Made by a program: the position numbers and the translations under genes
IMG/VR virus record: IMGVR_UViG_3300024182_000007
Location: 1 to 63,526 of that record
DNA: 63,526 bases
Origin: a virus
Lineage: Duplodnaviria > Caudoviricetes
Reading direction: 5' to 3' (one strand)
In this document: piece by piece, positions 37,750-47,100 of the stretch
How positions within the stretch are numbered: position 1 is the stretch's first letter
Layout of the letters: each line of letters starts with the position of its first letter
Notes under the pieces: generated by a model
Told to the model about the DNA's origin: nothing
Databases searched by the model: none
The model's input: the letters and a program-made list of their open reading frames with translations, nothing else

Positions 37750-38183
37750 GCAAAAAAGAACCTAAGTCCGAACCGCAGCCGGAACCTATCCATACCGTTC
37801 TCGATCTCGACGCATTCGCCGGTCAGAACATAACCAGTTTCAACGAAGAACAGCTGGCGACCTGGGATGAAGCGAAACGCCTCGCCCAATTCATCGACTC
37901 CAGCGGCGAGTTCCAGTCCGCCGGTATCCACACTCTCCCGATCACCGGCGACTTCACTACCTCCGGCATCTTCATCCCCTCCTGGGCGTCCGGACCCGGC
38001 GGCTTCCCGGAACCGTCCGACCTCCCCAACTCCAACTACTTCCTCCACTTCCGCTTCTCCAATCGCATGGAGGGGATGAACGTGGGACTCGTGCGCGGTG
38101 CCGTCAACCGCTACCCTAACTCCCCCGATTACGTTCTATCGGAGCTTCTGCGGGAAGTCCAGGAAGGCGCAAGGACCGCCTGA
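37746..38183 (+). CDS. hypothetical protein
   Basis: Start MSKKEP inferred from the ATGA overlap. Confidence 0.65.
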   Translation: MSKKEPKSEPQPEPIHTVLDLDAFAGQNITSFNEEQLATWDEAKRLAQFIDSSGEFQSAGIHTLPITGDFTTSGIFIPSWASGPGGFPEPSDLPNSNYFLHFRFSNRMEGMNVGLVRGAVNRYPNSPDYVLSELLREVQEGARTA

Positions 38184-38187
38184 TTGA

Positions 38188-39198
38188 ATGGCCTATCGGG
38201 ACCTGACCGGCGACCTTATCGGAGCAGTCCCCCGTTTAGGCTTCCTCAACGCCTCCTCTATCCTTTCCCGCGCCTGGAGAATGCTCCAGGATATGCGCCT
38301 CTGGAGCTTCAACGTCATCACGGACGGCCAGATCTATTCTCCCGACTCCATCTCCGTTGGGACAGTCTCGGCCGTCTTCAACTCCTTTACGGTGACTCCT
38401 GATGCTACGGCGATCGCCGCCCTTAACGCCGTCGTCGCCTCCAACCCCTTACTGGCGTCGTCTACTCTGGGCATAGGTCGGCAGATCCGCATCGGCTCTT
38501 CCCCCTCCGGACCGCTCTACGATATCTCCTCGTACGATGGGGCGACGATCACCCTCGACCGCCCTTATGGAGAACCGACGATCGCGGGCTCTCTCTATCA
38601 GGTCTATAAAGCTTTCTATGCGCCGCCAGTCATCGCCTCTCTCCCATCTGTTGACTTCGTGCGCTATTTCTCCGTCCGCAACGTCAACTCCGGCTACTCC
38701 ATCCGAGGCAGGAGACTTTTCTATACGCAGGCGCAATTGAACGCCATCGATCCCCAGCGTGGGGCCACCGGAGACGCTTACATCCTAGCCATCAAAGGCC
38801 GCAACGAACTGGGTCAGCCCGTTCATGAGTTCTACCCGAACCCCGTCAACCAATCTACATACGTAGCGCAGTTCCAGATCCGCTGGCCGACTCCCTCCCC
38901 CTCCGTCCCCCTCCCTCAGATGCCCTACGCTCTCGAAGAAACCCTCCTCTATCTATCCAAGCGTTTAGCTGGAGAGTGGGCGCTCTCCAACCTCTCCACC
39001 TATCCTGAATTAGAGAGAGTGAATTGGGTGGCTTATATTCAATGGCAGGATAAAGCCTTCAAAGAAGAACGTATCCAGTGCATCAAGCAGGATGACGAAA
39101 TAGCCCCTCAGATCGCGTATCTACAGGGAAGTGTGTTCGATTTTCCTCTCGGCGGGTCATGGTTGCAAAACCACGACTACTCCTCTCTTTTACCGTGA
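38188..39198 (+). CDS. probable head-tail adaptor
   Basis: N-terminal helices + WSF, ITLDRPY insert, EFYPNP; position in the module. Confidence 0.65.
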   Translation: MAYRDLTGDLIGAVPRLGFLNASSILSRAWRMLQDMRLWSFNVITDGQIYSPDSISVGTVSAVFNSFTVTPDATAIAALNAVVASNPLLASSTLGIGRQIRIGSSPSGPLYDISSYDGATITLDRPYGEPTIAGSLYQVYKAFYAPPVIASLPSVDFVRYFSVRNVNSGYSIRGRRLFYTQAQLNAIDPQRGATGDAYILAIKGRNELGQPVHEFYPNPVNQSTYVAQFQIRWPTPSPSVPLPQMPYALEETLLYLSKRLAGEWALSNLSTYPELERVNWVAYIQWQDKAFKEERIQCIKQDDEIAPQIAYLQGSVFDFPLGGSWLQNHDYSSLLP

Positions 39199-39211
39199 TC
39201 GCCTTATATTT

Positions 39212-39931
39212 ATGCAAATGACTTGGCCTTATATCGCGGGATTCTTCGATGGAGAAGGCTGCATCCACATGATGGGCGCAGGCGGCGCTAAAGGTAGATT
39301 CCGGGTAACAATCTGCCAGTCTCAGAATATCGGCAAGCGCACTCTCGAAGAGATATCTTCTTTCCTACGCTCGCATGGGATAGCTTCTTACGTTCTCGCC
39401 CACCGGCACGGTAAAGGGCGCAAGAAAGCGCATTGGAAGCAGGTATGGAATCTGTGGATAACGGAGCAGCGTTCTATTGTCAAATACATCGAAGGAGTCT
39501 TTCCATATCTTAGGATCAAGAAGCAATTGGCAGAGGACTATCGGAGAATCTGTATTCTTACTAATTCTCTAAAGGGTCTGACCACCCCTCAGATAAAGAT
39601 CAGAAGGGACGTGTTCTTCCGGCTGATGGAATCCGGCGTTCCACTCACCGAGATTGCGGCGATGTACGGGATGGACTACTCTTCGCTTTGGAAGAAAGCC
39701 AAGATATTCGGGTTCAAAGTTCTCACTACCGAAGAGAGCAACCGGCAGAGAGCCAAGGTTCCATTCGAGCAGTTGCTCGAAGACTATAATCGGCTTGGCA
39801 GCTATCAAGCCGTCGCCCGTTTATATCGATGTCCAAGCTTCAACGTTCGGACTCGTCTGATCAAAAACGGCGTCACTCCGAACGCTCCCGGAATCACTCG
39901 CGGCAACAAACGTGCTATCTTAACTGCTTAA
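39212..39931 (+). CDS. free-standing single-motif LAGLIDADG endonuclease with C-terminal HTH repeats
   Basis: YIAGFFDGEGCI, ICQS, PYLRIKK; two HTH-like segments. Confidence 0.9.
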   Translation: MQMTWPYIAGFFDGEGCIHMMGAGGAKGRFRVTICQSQNIGKRTLEEISSFLRSHGIASYVLAHRHGKGRKKAHWKQVWNLWITEQRSIVKYIEGVFPYLRIKKQLAEDYRRICILTNSLKGLTTPQIKIRRDVFFRLMESGVPLTEIAAMYGMDYSSLWKKAKIFGFKVLTTEESNRQRAKVPFEQLLEDYNRLGSYQAVARLYRCPSFNVRTRLIKNGVTPNAPGITRGNKRAILTA

Positions 39932-39944
39932 AAGGAGAATCAGA

Positions 39945-40136
39945 ATGAAGAACTCAAAAGGCGGCGGGATGATCCTCGGCAACGTCCGCTCCCCCATGTC
40001 CGCCGACCTCGTCAATCGTCCAATGGTCCCCGACTGCGCCCATAACACGACCATCAAAGGATCAGCCCCCCGATCCGCCCCTATCTCCTCCCCTCAGGCG
40101 CCGTTCGTCTCGATGGGGAGAAAGATGAAGCACTGA
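39945..40136 (+). CDS. hypothetical protein
   Basis: AAGGAG SD. Confidence 0.6.
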   Translation: MKNSKGGGMILGNVRSPMSADLVNRPMVPDCAHNTTIKGSAPRSAPISSPQAPFVSMGRKMKH

Positions 40137-40247
40137 GTTCATCACCAAGCCTCCGGGCGCGTCCGTAAGGCGTGTGGCCGCAGGGGACGGTTCATCCCGG
40201 TATTGACGTTCCCTGCTTTATAAGCCACGTAGCCGCTAGCCGGATAT

Positions 40248-41600
40248 ATGCCTTACACTCACACTACTCTCGCTGCTGCTTTAAGCGCCCTCTCCCTCCG
40301 CCTCGCCGATCCTAACGACGTCTACTGGACGGCGCCCGAAAAGACCGCTTATATAGTCGAAGCTCTAAGGACGTGGCAGGCGCTCACTTCCTTTTATAGG
40401 GACCGGCAGACGTTTAACACGATAGCGAACGTCTCCTTTTATAATCTGACGACCATCCTTCCGGCGGGCGTATTCGATTACAACATCACCGACCGCCAGC
40501 AGATCGCCGTCATGCTCTACCAACTCCTGGAGCGCCAACTCGTGGCGAACGCCTGGAATGGGACCGAACAGTTCAATCTTCCTCAGGTCGTCGGCGCTCT
40601 GGAAAGGAGAAGGGATCAGTTCTTAGCGGATTCGGGATGCGTTATCTCACGCTCCCTTATCGTCAGCGCTCCCAACCCATCCGGAAGAATCCCTCTCCCC
40701 GAAGGAATATCGGATATCCGAAGAGCGGCCTGGGCCAACGGCGCCAACCCTCAAGTCTTCAGCCAAATATGGAGAGACGACGAGTTCGCTATCAACGCCT
40801 ATAAATCCGCTTGGAGGCAGAATCCCGAAGACCCTCCTCTTGCCTATTCCGTCTCTCTGACTCCTCCCGTCTCCCTTCAATTGGCGCCGATACTCTTAAA
40901 CGCCGGTCAGATCGAATTGCTTATCAATCAAGCGGGACCTCCTCTCGACGTCACGGCTGGCGTCCTCCTCTCAGTCCCTGACGATTTCGCCTGGGGAGTG
41001 AAGTGGGGGGCCTTAGGGGATCTGCTCGCTTCAGACGGGCCGGGGAGGGACGTCGAGCGCGCTCAGTACTGCGAATTGAGATACAAGCAGGCCGTCGAGT
41101 TAGCGCAGATTAATCCCTCTATCATGGAGACGGATATCGGGGACGTCCCTCTGGACTCAGGCTCTATATTCGACATGGACGCTTACCGCCCGAACTGGCA
41201 GAACGATAGAGGGCAGCCGGATTACATGGGGATGGCCGGACGCAACCTCCTCGCATTCGCCAATACTCCCGACGCTATCTACGGTGTAGGGATCGATCTC
41301 GCCCGTAATATCCCCGTCCCCGTTCTAGCGGGAGACTTCCTCCAGATCAGCCAGGACATGCTCGACACTCTTTTGGACTACGCCCAGCATATCGCCTGCT
41401 TCAAAATGGGAGGGCAGGACTTCTCCGTGACCTCCCCTCTCTATCAGAATTTCATTAGGATGGCGGGAGAGCAGAACGGACGCATCAGACAAGCGGCTTT
41501 CTATAACGATGCGCTGCGACAACCGGCGCTAAAGATGAGCGGGGAGGTTCCGAGGCTGGACGTTCCGAGGACCGCGCAATATGAGAAGACTCTTACTTAG
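40248..41600 (+). CDS. probable second adaptor/tail connector protein
   Basis: RLADP...YWT..E...YI.EAL N-terminus; internally duplicated adaptor-like pattern; position. Confidence 0.65.
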   Translation: MPYTHTTLAAALSALSLRLADPNDVYWTAPEKTAYIVEALRTWQALTSFYRDRQTFNTIANVSFYNLTTILPAGVFDYNITDRQQIAVMLYQLLERQLVANAWNGTEQFNLPQVVGALERRRDQFLADSGCVISRSLIVSAPNPSGRIPLPEGISDIRRAAWANGANPQVFSQIWRDDEFAINAYKSAWRQNPEDPPLAYSVSLTPPVSLQLAPILLNAGQIELLINQAGPPLDVTAGVLLSVPDDFAWGVKWGALGDLLASDGPGRDVERAQYCELRYKQAVELAQINPSIMETDIGDVPLDSGSIFDMDAYRPNWQNDRGQPDYMGMAGRNLLAFANTPDAIYGVGIDLARNIPVPVLAGDFLQISQDMLDTLLDYAQHIACFKMGGQDFSVTSPLYQNFIRMAGEQNGRIRQAAFYNDALRQPALKMSGEVPRLDVPRTAQYEKTLT

Positions 41601-44130
41601 CTCTCTTTTCGTTCTTCTACTTTCGGCGTCCGCTTATGGACGCGAGCGCATGTACGGGATTTGTCAATTGGGGAACCAGACGGCCCTCGTCACGACCGGC
41701 CTCAACACGTCCCCGACGACCCCCTTGATGCGGTCCTACCCCAAATGCACGGTCACGGTCTATCTAACCGGAACTCTCACTCTGGCGACGATCTTCTCCG
41801 ACAATTCCGGGACTCCCAAAGCCAACCCATTCGTCGCGGACTCTTTCGGCTACTGGTTCTTTTACGCCGATAACGGCCGCTACGATGCTAAGTTAAGCGG
41901 CGCGGGCATCCCGGCCCCCTTCACCCTCTCTGATCTGTGGCTGGTCGATCCGGGACAAATCACGACTGGCGTAAGCTCCATCACTGGGACTGCGAATCAG
42001 GTCTGTACAAATGCATCGACGGGAGCAGTCACTCTCTCCATCTGCTCCAGCCCTACTCTCCCTGGAACTACAACGGGTACGTTCGTTGGGAACTTGACGG
42101 GGAACGTCACCGGCAACCTAACGGGTAACGCTTCTACCTCAACGGCTTTCGATCACACTCCGACGAAATGCGCCGCCGGAAGCTATACGATCGGGATAGA
42201 TTCAGGAGGGAACGCGCAAGGATGCACGGTCGCCGGTACTGGGACGGGAGACGTCTCCTCCAACACGGGTGTCTCGGTGGATGGAGAAGACGTTCAGTTC
42301 AGCGGGACTACTGGAAAACTGATCAAGCGGGCTACGGGGAACGGTGTCGTGAGCGAGCTGGCGGGCGTTCATCAGAATACGGATACGTCAACGCCCCTTC
42401 AATATCTGAGAAGTAAGGCTAATCTCGCCGGAGCGCCGAAAACGGAATTCGCCTCTCTCACCTACTCCGTCTCGTCGGACTTCGACTTCCCTCCCCAGAC
42501 CCCCGGCGGAACCCTCACCTCCGGCATCGGCAATACCGTCATCCTCACTCCCTGCCCTCTGGGGATATCCGGGTCCGCTCTCAACACGCGCCTGCTCATC
42601 CAGAACGGCGTGGGAACGGCTGAGTCCGTTCTGATCACCGGAGGCACTTGCACATCGGGACTGACAACGGGAAACGTCATGTTCACGCCCGCCTTCAATC
42701 ATTCCGGGGCCTGGACGATCCAATCTGCCACGTCCGGGATTAAAGAGGCGCTCAACTTCATCCCCGCTGATGGGGGAGTCGTGAGGATGCCGTGCGGACC
42801 TATCAATCTGGCCGCTACGATCGTCTTAGGAGACGGTACTCCCACCACCCGCTCCACCCGCAACTCCATGTCTCTCGTCGGCTGCGGTGGTGGACGTGGA
42901 GTAGACACCGCGTTTCCGGCTACCGGCGCCACCACCCTCCTCTGGACGGGCGCATCCGGCGGGACGATGATCCAGGTCCTCGGTCCCGTCGGAAACGGCA
43001 CTCTCTCCGACTTCATGCTCGACGGCCAAGGGACCGCCGCCCAGACTCTCGATCTCGTCCACGCCTATCACTGGACCTTTAGAAATCTGACCGCCGTGGG
43101 ATGGACCTCTGTAGGCTCCCGCTTAGTAGCTGTAGACTTTGTGTTCCCCGGCATGGTCGAAGGCGCTAACAAGAACCTGTTCGAGAACGTCTTTATCGGC
43201 GCGGGGACGGGAGGGGGAGGATCGGTCGCCTGCCAGTTCGGCCAGTCTGTCCCCAATGTCTCTTCTATTTTCGACGCCGCCCAGAACGTGATGATCAACT
43301 CCATCTGCCGGTCGGACGCCGGGACGGGGATGGAGTTGAGGCTGGCCGATAACAACACTTTCTATAACACGGCGATTCAAGGGGCGACCGGCCTCAAGCT
43401 TACTTCCCCCGTCGCTGGGTTTCCAGGAGCTAACGTCTTCGTACAGTCTCCCCTCGGCGGCGCTACTCCTATCTCGACGTCCGCCGGTTTCGACCTGTCC
43501 ACGACGAACAAGAACGTCTTCCTACCCTTATCGACTACCGACGCCCCGGTAGATCCGCGCACGCTCGTCAAGTTCGCCATAGGATTCGACTTCAGCGGGG
43601 AGTGGTTCGGGATCAACAAATCCCTCCCGCTTCATTACGCCTCCTCCACCTCCCCGGCCGCTATAGCCAATACTAACGCGGAGACGGCCTTTAATCGCCA
43701 CTATCTCATCCCCCAGAACACGCTCAACTTCCTAGGAGGAGTGGGAAGGGTGAAAGCGGCCGGTCGCGTATCCTCCACTGGAACGCCGACGCTTACCTTC
43801 CAGATCAAGCTAGGGGGAGTCCCGATAGGCAAGTTCACTTTCACCGTGGGGAACAACGTGACAAACGACGCCTTCTCCATGGAAACCGATTTCACAGTCG
43901 ATGCTTTAGGAGCTGGCGCTCTATTGGTCGGCCCTTCGATCGGCGTTATGGGGGGATTCTCCGGAGCTTCCACTATCCAAGCCAATCGGGTAGTTGGGCT
44001 TCAGGGGATCACCTGGACGAACGATAACGACCTGACGCTCACCGCTCAATGGTCCGCCGCCTCCGCGTCTAATACCGTCACGTTGGACGGATTCACCCTC
44101 GACATAGAATATCCTGGCCACATTCAATAA
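41581..44130 (+). CDS. tailspike/fibre (head-binding-like N-domain + beta-helix) with signal peptide
   Basis: MRRLLLSSLFVLLLSASAYG; LATIFSDNSGTPKANPFVADSFGYWFFYADNGRYD; GVSSITG; GIKEALN...GGVVRMP beta-helix cap. Confidence 0.85.
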   Translation: MRRLLLSSLFVLLLSASAYGRERMYGICQLGNQTALVTTGLNTSPTTPLMRSYPKCTVTVYLTGTLTLATIFSDNSGTPKANPFVADSFGYWFFYADNGRYDAKLSGAGIPAPFTLSDLWLVDPGQITTGVSSITGTANQVCTNASTGAVTLSICSSPTLPGTTTGTFVGNLTGNVTGNLTGNASTSTAFDHTPTKCAAGSYTIGIDSGGNAQGCTVAGTGTGDVSSNTGVSVDGEDVQFSGTTGKLIKRATGNGVVSELAGVHQNTDTSTPLQYLRSKANLAGAPKTEFASLTYSVSSDFDFPPQTPGGTLTSGIGNTVILTPCPLGISGSALNTRLLIQNGVGTAESVLITGGTCTSGLTTGNVMFTPAFNHSGAWTIQSATSGIKEALNFIPADGGVVRMPCGPINLAATIVLGDGTPTTRSTRNSMSLVGCGGGRGVDTAFPATGATTLLWTGASGGTMIQVLGPVGNGTLSDFMLDGQGTAAQTLDLVHAYHWTFRNLTAVGWTSVGSRLVAVDFVFPGMVEGANKNLFENVFIGAGTGGGGSVACQFGQSVPNVSSIFDAAQNVMINSICRSDAGTGMELRLADNNTFYNTAIQGATGLKLTSPVAGFPGANVFVQSPLGGATPISTSAGFDLSTTNKNVFLPLSTTDAPVDPRTLVKFAIGFDFSGEWFGINKSLPLHYASSTSPAAIANTNAETAFNRHYLIPQNTLNFLGGVGRVKAAGRVSSTGTPTLTFQIKLGGVPIGKFTFTVGNNVTNDAFSMETDFTVDALGAGALLVGPSIGVMGGFSGASTIQANRVVGLQGITWTNDNDLTLTAQWSAASASNTVTLDGFTLDIEYPGHIQ

Positions 44131-44131
44131 A

Positions 44132-47100
44132 ATGCCTGCCTATTCGAGAAAGAGTCAGAAGATGGTCTGCCGGGGGATGAACCTCGACCGCCCTATCGAC
44201 GCTCTAGGCGACGGCGAGTTCGCTTATCTCCAGAACGTGCGCCAGTATAAGGACGGGATCTTAGTCTCCCGCCCCGGCCTCTCCTCAGTCTCTAATTTCC
44301 CTCCCGCTTTCGCCAGCGACTACATCCATTCCTTCCTCACTCTGAACGACGTCAATCCCGATACCCCAGGTACGACTAAACGCTTCATCGGCTATAACGA
44401 ATCCCTCTTCTTCTCCGATCCTACCTTCCCCGCCGTCCCTTCTTTCGTCGATGGAGGGTTCTCCGGCGACCCTCTCTCCATGATCGGGATGTCCCCCATC
44501 TCTAATCCAACCCCGTTCGTCTACGTCTACGACCGCTTCAAGCAGCAGAAATACTCCGACTCGTATCAGGTGGGAGGCGTCCCTTTCTCCTATCCTATCG
44601 GCGTCCCTCAACTTGCCGTCTATCAGGCCGGTCCCCCCGTCCCAGTGATCGCCGCCGGAGATATAACGGGCACGGGATATTCCTGGCGCTGGCAACTGAG
44701 GCATACGCCTACCGGCGCTAAATCAATCCCCGGCGTCCCCACGTTCACGCCCGTCGATCTCGCTACTCAGCAAGTGACATTCGCCGATCCGGCCATCCAT
44801 ATCGCCGGGACTCTCGCTAAGGATCAAGAGTATACGTGGGATCTTTACCGGTTCGGCGGGACGATCAACGCCTGGTCTCTTATAGGCTCCGTCGTCAACC
44901 GCTCCGGCCTGACGATCGTCGATGATTTCTCCGACATAGATATAGCTTCAGCCCCTACCCTCCCCGTCGATGATAGATCGATCCTCTATCAGTCCTGGCT
45001 CATCCCCGACACTCCCGCCGCCGGATTTACTACCTCTACTACCGCTGCGGTCCCCACTTCTTCAGGCGTCGGAGGGAACGGATCGAGAGTGACGGACGCC
45101 GCTCTAGGCTTCAATCTCTCCTGGATACCGGGGACTCAGATCGTCATCGACGGAAACGCTTATACGATCGCCCGCGTTCTCGGAACCGGCGACCTATTCC
45201 TAAACGAGGATCTCGGCGGGAATCTGGGGATCGTCTCCTGGCATGTAGACGGGGCGCTCCAGACAGGCCAGCCCCTCCCCTTCGTCTGGGGTCCTTTCGG
45301 CTCCGGCCAGTTCGGGCTCTATTTATTCGCCTGTGGCGATCCCCGCTCCCCCGGAACAGTCTACTGGACGAATGGCAACGATCCCGACTCCGTATCTATC
45401 GCTAATTCCCTCGAACTAACGTCCTCATCCGAGCCTCTTCAAAACGGCTGCATCTGGAACGGCCGCGTCTGGGTCTGGTCTACCGAGCGCATGTTCGAGA
45501 TGGTCCCCGACCTAATCAATGCAGGCCAGTTCCTCGCCCAAGTAGTTCCCGGCGCGCGCGGATTAGCCGGAAACTGGTGCTTTTGCGTAGGCGACCTCAT
45601 CTACTTTAAGTCTCGCGACGGGATATTCTCGTTCGGCGGCGGCGGCCTCCCCACCTCCCTCACCGACATTCAACTCTACGAATTCTTGGGCCACGATGGC
45701 CAGAACGGATTCGGAGCGACCATCCCCAACCCAGAGAACTTCGGCGCTCCCGTCACTATCAATCCGCCCGATCCCAACCGCTTCCCCCAGCAGCGCCTAT
45801 TCTGGTCGGACGGCGTTTTATATTTCGATTTCGTCGATACCCTCAACTTCCCCGACACTCTCCTCTTCGATACTCATTTGATGAAAGGCTGGGCTAGAGA
45901 CGTCTATCCTTCTCAGGGGTATCGGGCGCATTATTCGGAATTGGGCTTTCACACGACGTTCGTAGCCGACGGACACACCCTCGACTGGCTGACCGGCGAC
46001 GACGATCTAGGCTCTCCGATCGAATGCTCGATCATGACGGGCGCCGATCTGTTAGGAGATATCCGCACGTCTAAGCTCATTGGAGACGCCGTAGTAGGAG
46101 CTATCCCCAACGTCACCCTCATCTCCGCTAAAATCCTCGGCGATCGAAACGCAACAGTTCTCGCCTCGGGAAATCTAGTTCCGAGCGGCGTCTACCAGCA
46201 GACTATCCTCACCGTCAACAACGCCGTTATCAACGCCGGTCTCAACTCCTTCTCCCAGACCGTCGGACTCTGGTGCCACTGGTCCTCGACCGAACGCACC
46301 GAACTCTGGGACTGGGAGCCCTCCTGGGTAGGCAAACCGGAGCGCATTATCGGACGGGCGACGGATTGGACCGACGATGGATTAGCCGGGGCCAAATACT
46401 TAAAGGGGGTAATCATCGAAGCGGCCATATCCCAGGTTGCAACGGGATTCGATCTTACTGTAGATCTAGCGGACGCCCAGCTAGTTTCGTCGGCTTCTTA
46501 CGCTTTCCAGCCAACGGACGTCGGCGCCATCCTCTCCATCACTCAACCTGTCAACGGCTTCGTCATGGGACAAGCTACGATTACGGGAGTCGTCGCCGGT
46601 AAAGCCCAGATCGACCACCCCGTAGCCCCTCTGGCTTCCGCTGGCGGACAGTTCACCGTCTCGGGATCGCGTTCCGTCATCATCCAGACCGACGGAGGGA
46701 TAGACGCGCAAGGGATAACTCTAGCCGCCATCCAGCAGTCCGAGTACGCCTACTTCATCACCCCCATAATCGCCCATGAGATGCGATTGGTCCCGTTCGA
46801 TCAGAAGACCTGCCAAATATTCAGTGTCCGCTGGCTCTGGGACCCTTACCCTGAATACCTCAATATCAAAGAGGATTTCTATCTGGAGCAGTGGCCGAGC
46901 GTCAAATATATAAGAGGGGTGCAGATCGAAGGGGATACGCAAGGGGCGTCAGTTGGCTTCAATATCGAGTTCGACGGGCAGTTAGGGCCGGGATTGGCGA
47001 TCGTCCAAAACGGGAAAACTCTCACTGAAATCGGGTTCGCCGTACCCTTCAACGCCAAAGAAATAAGATTGATCCCTCTCGGCCACTGGCGCCGTCATTC

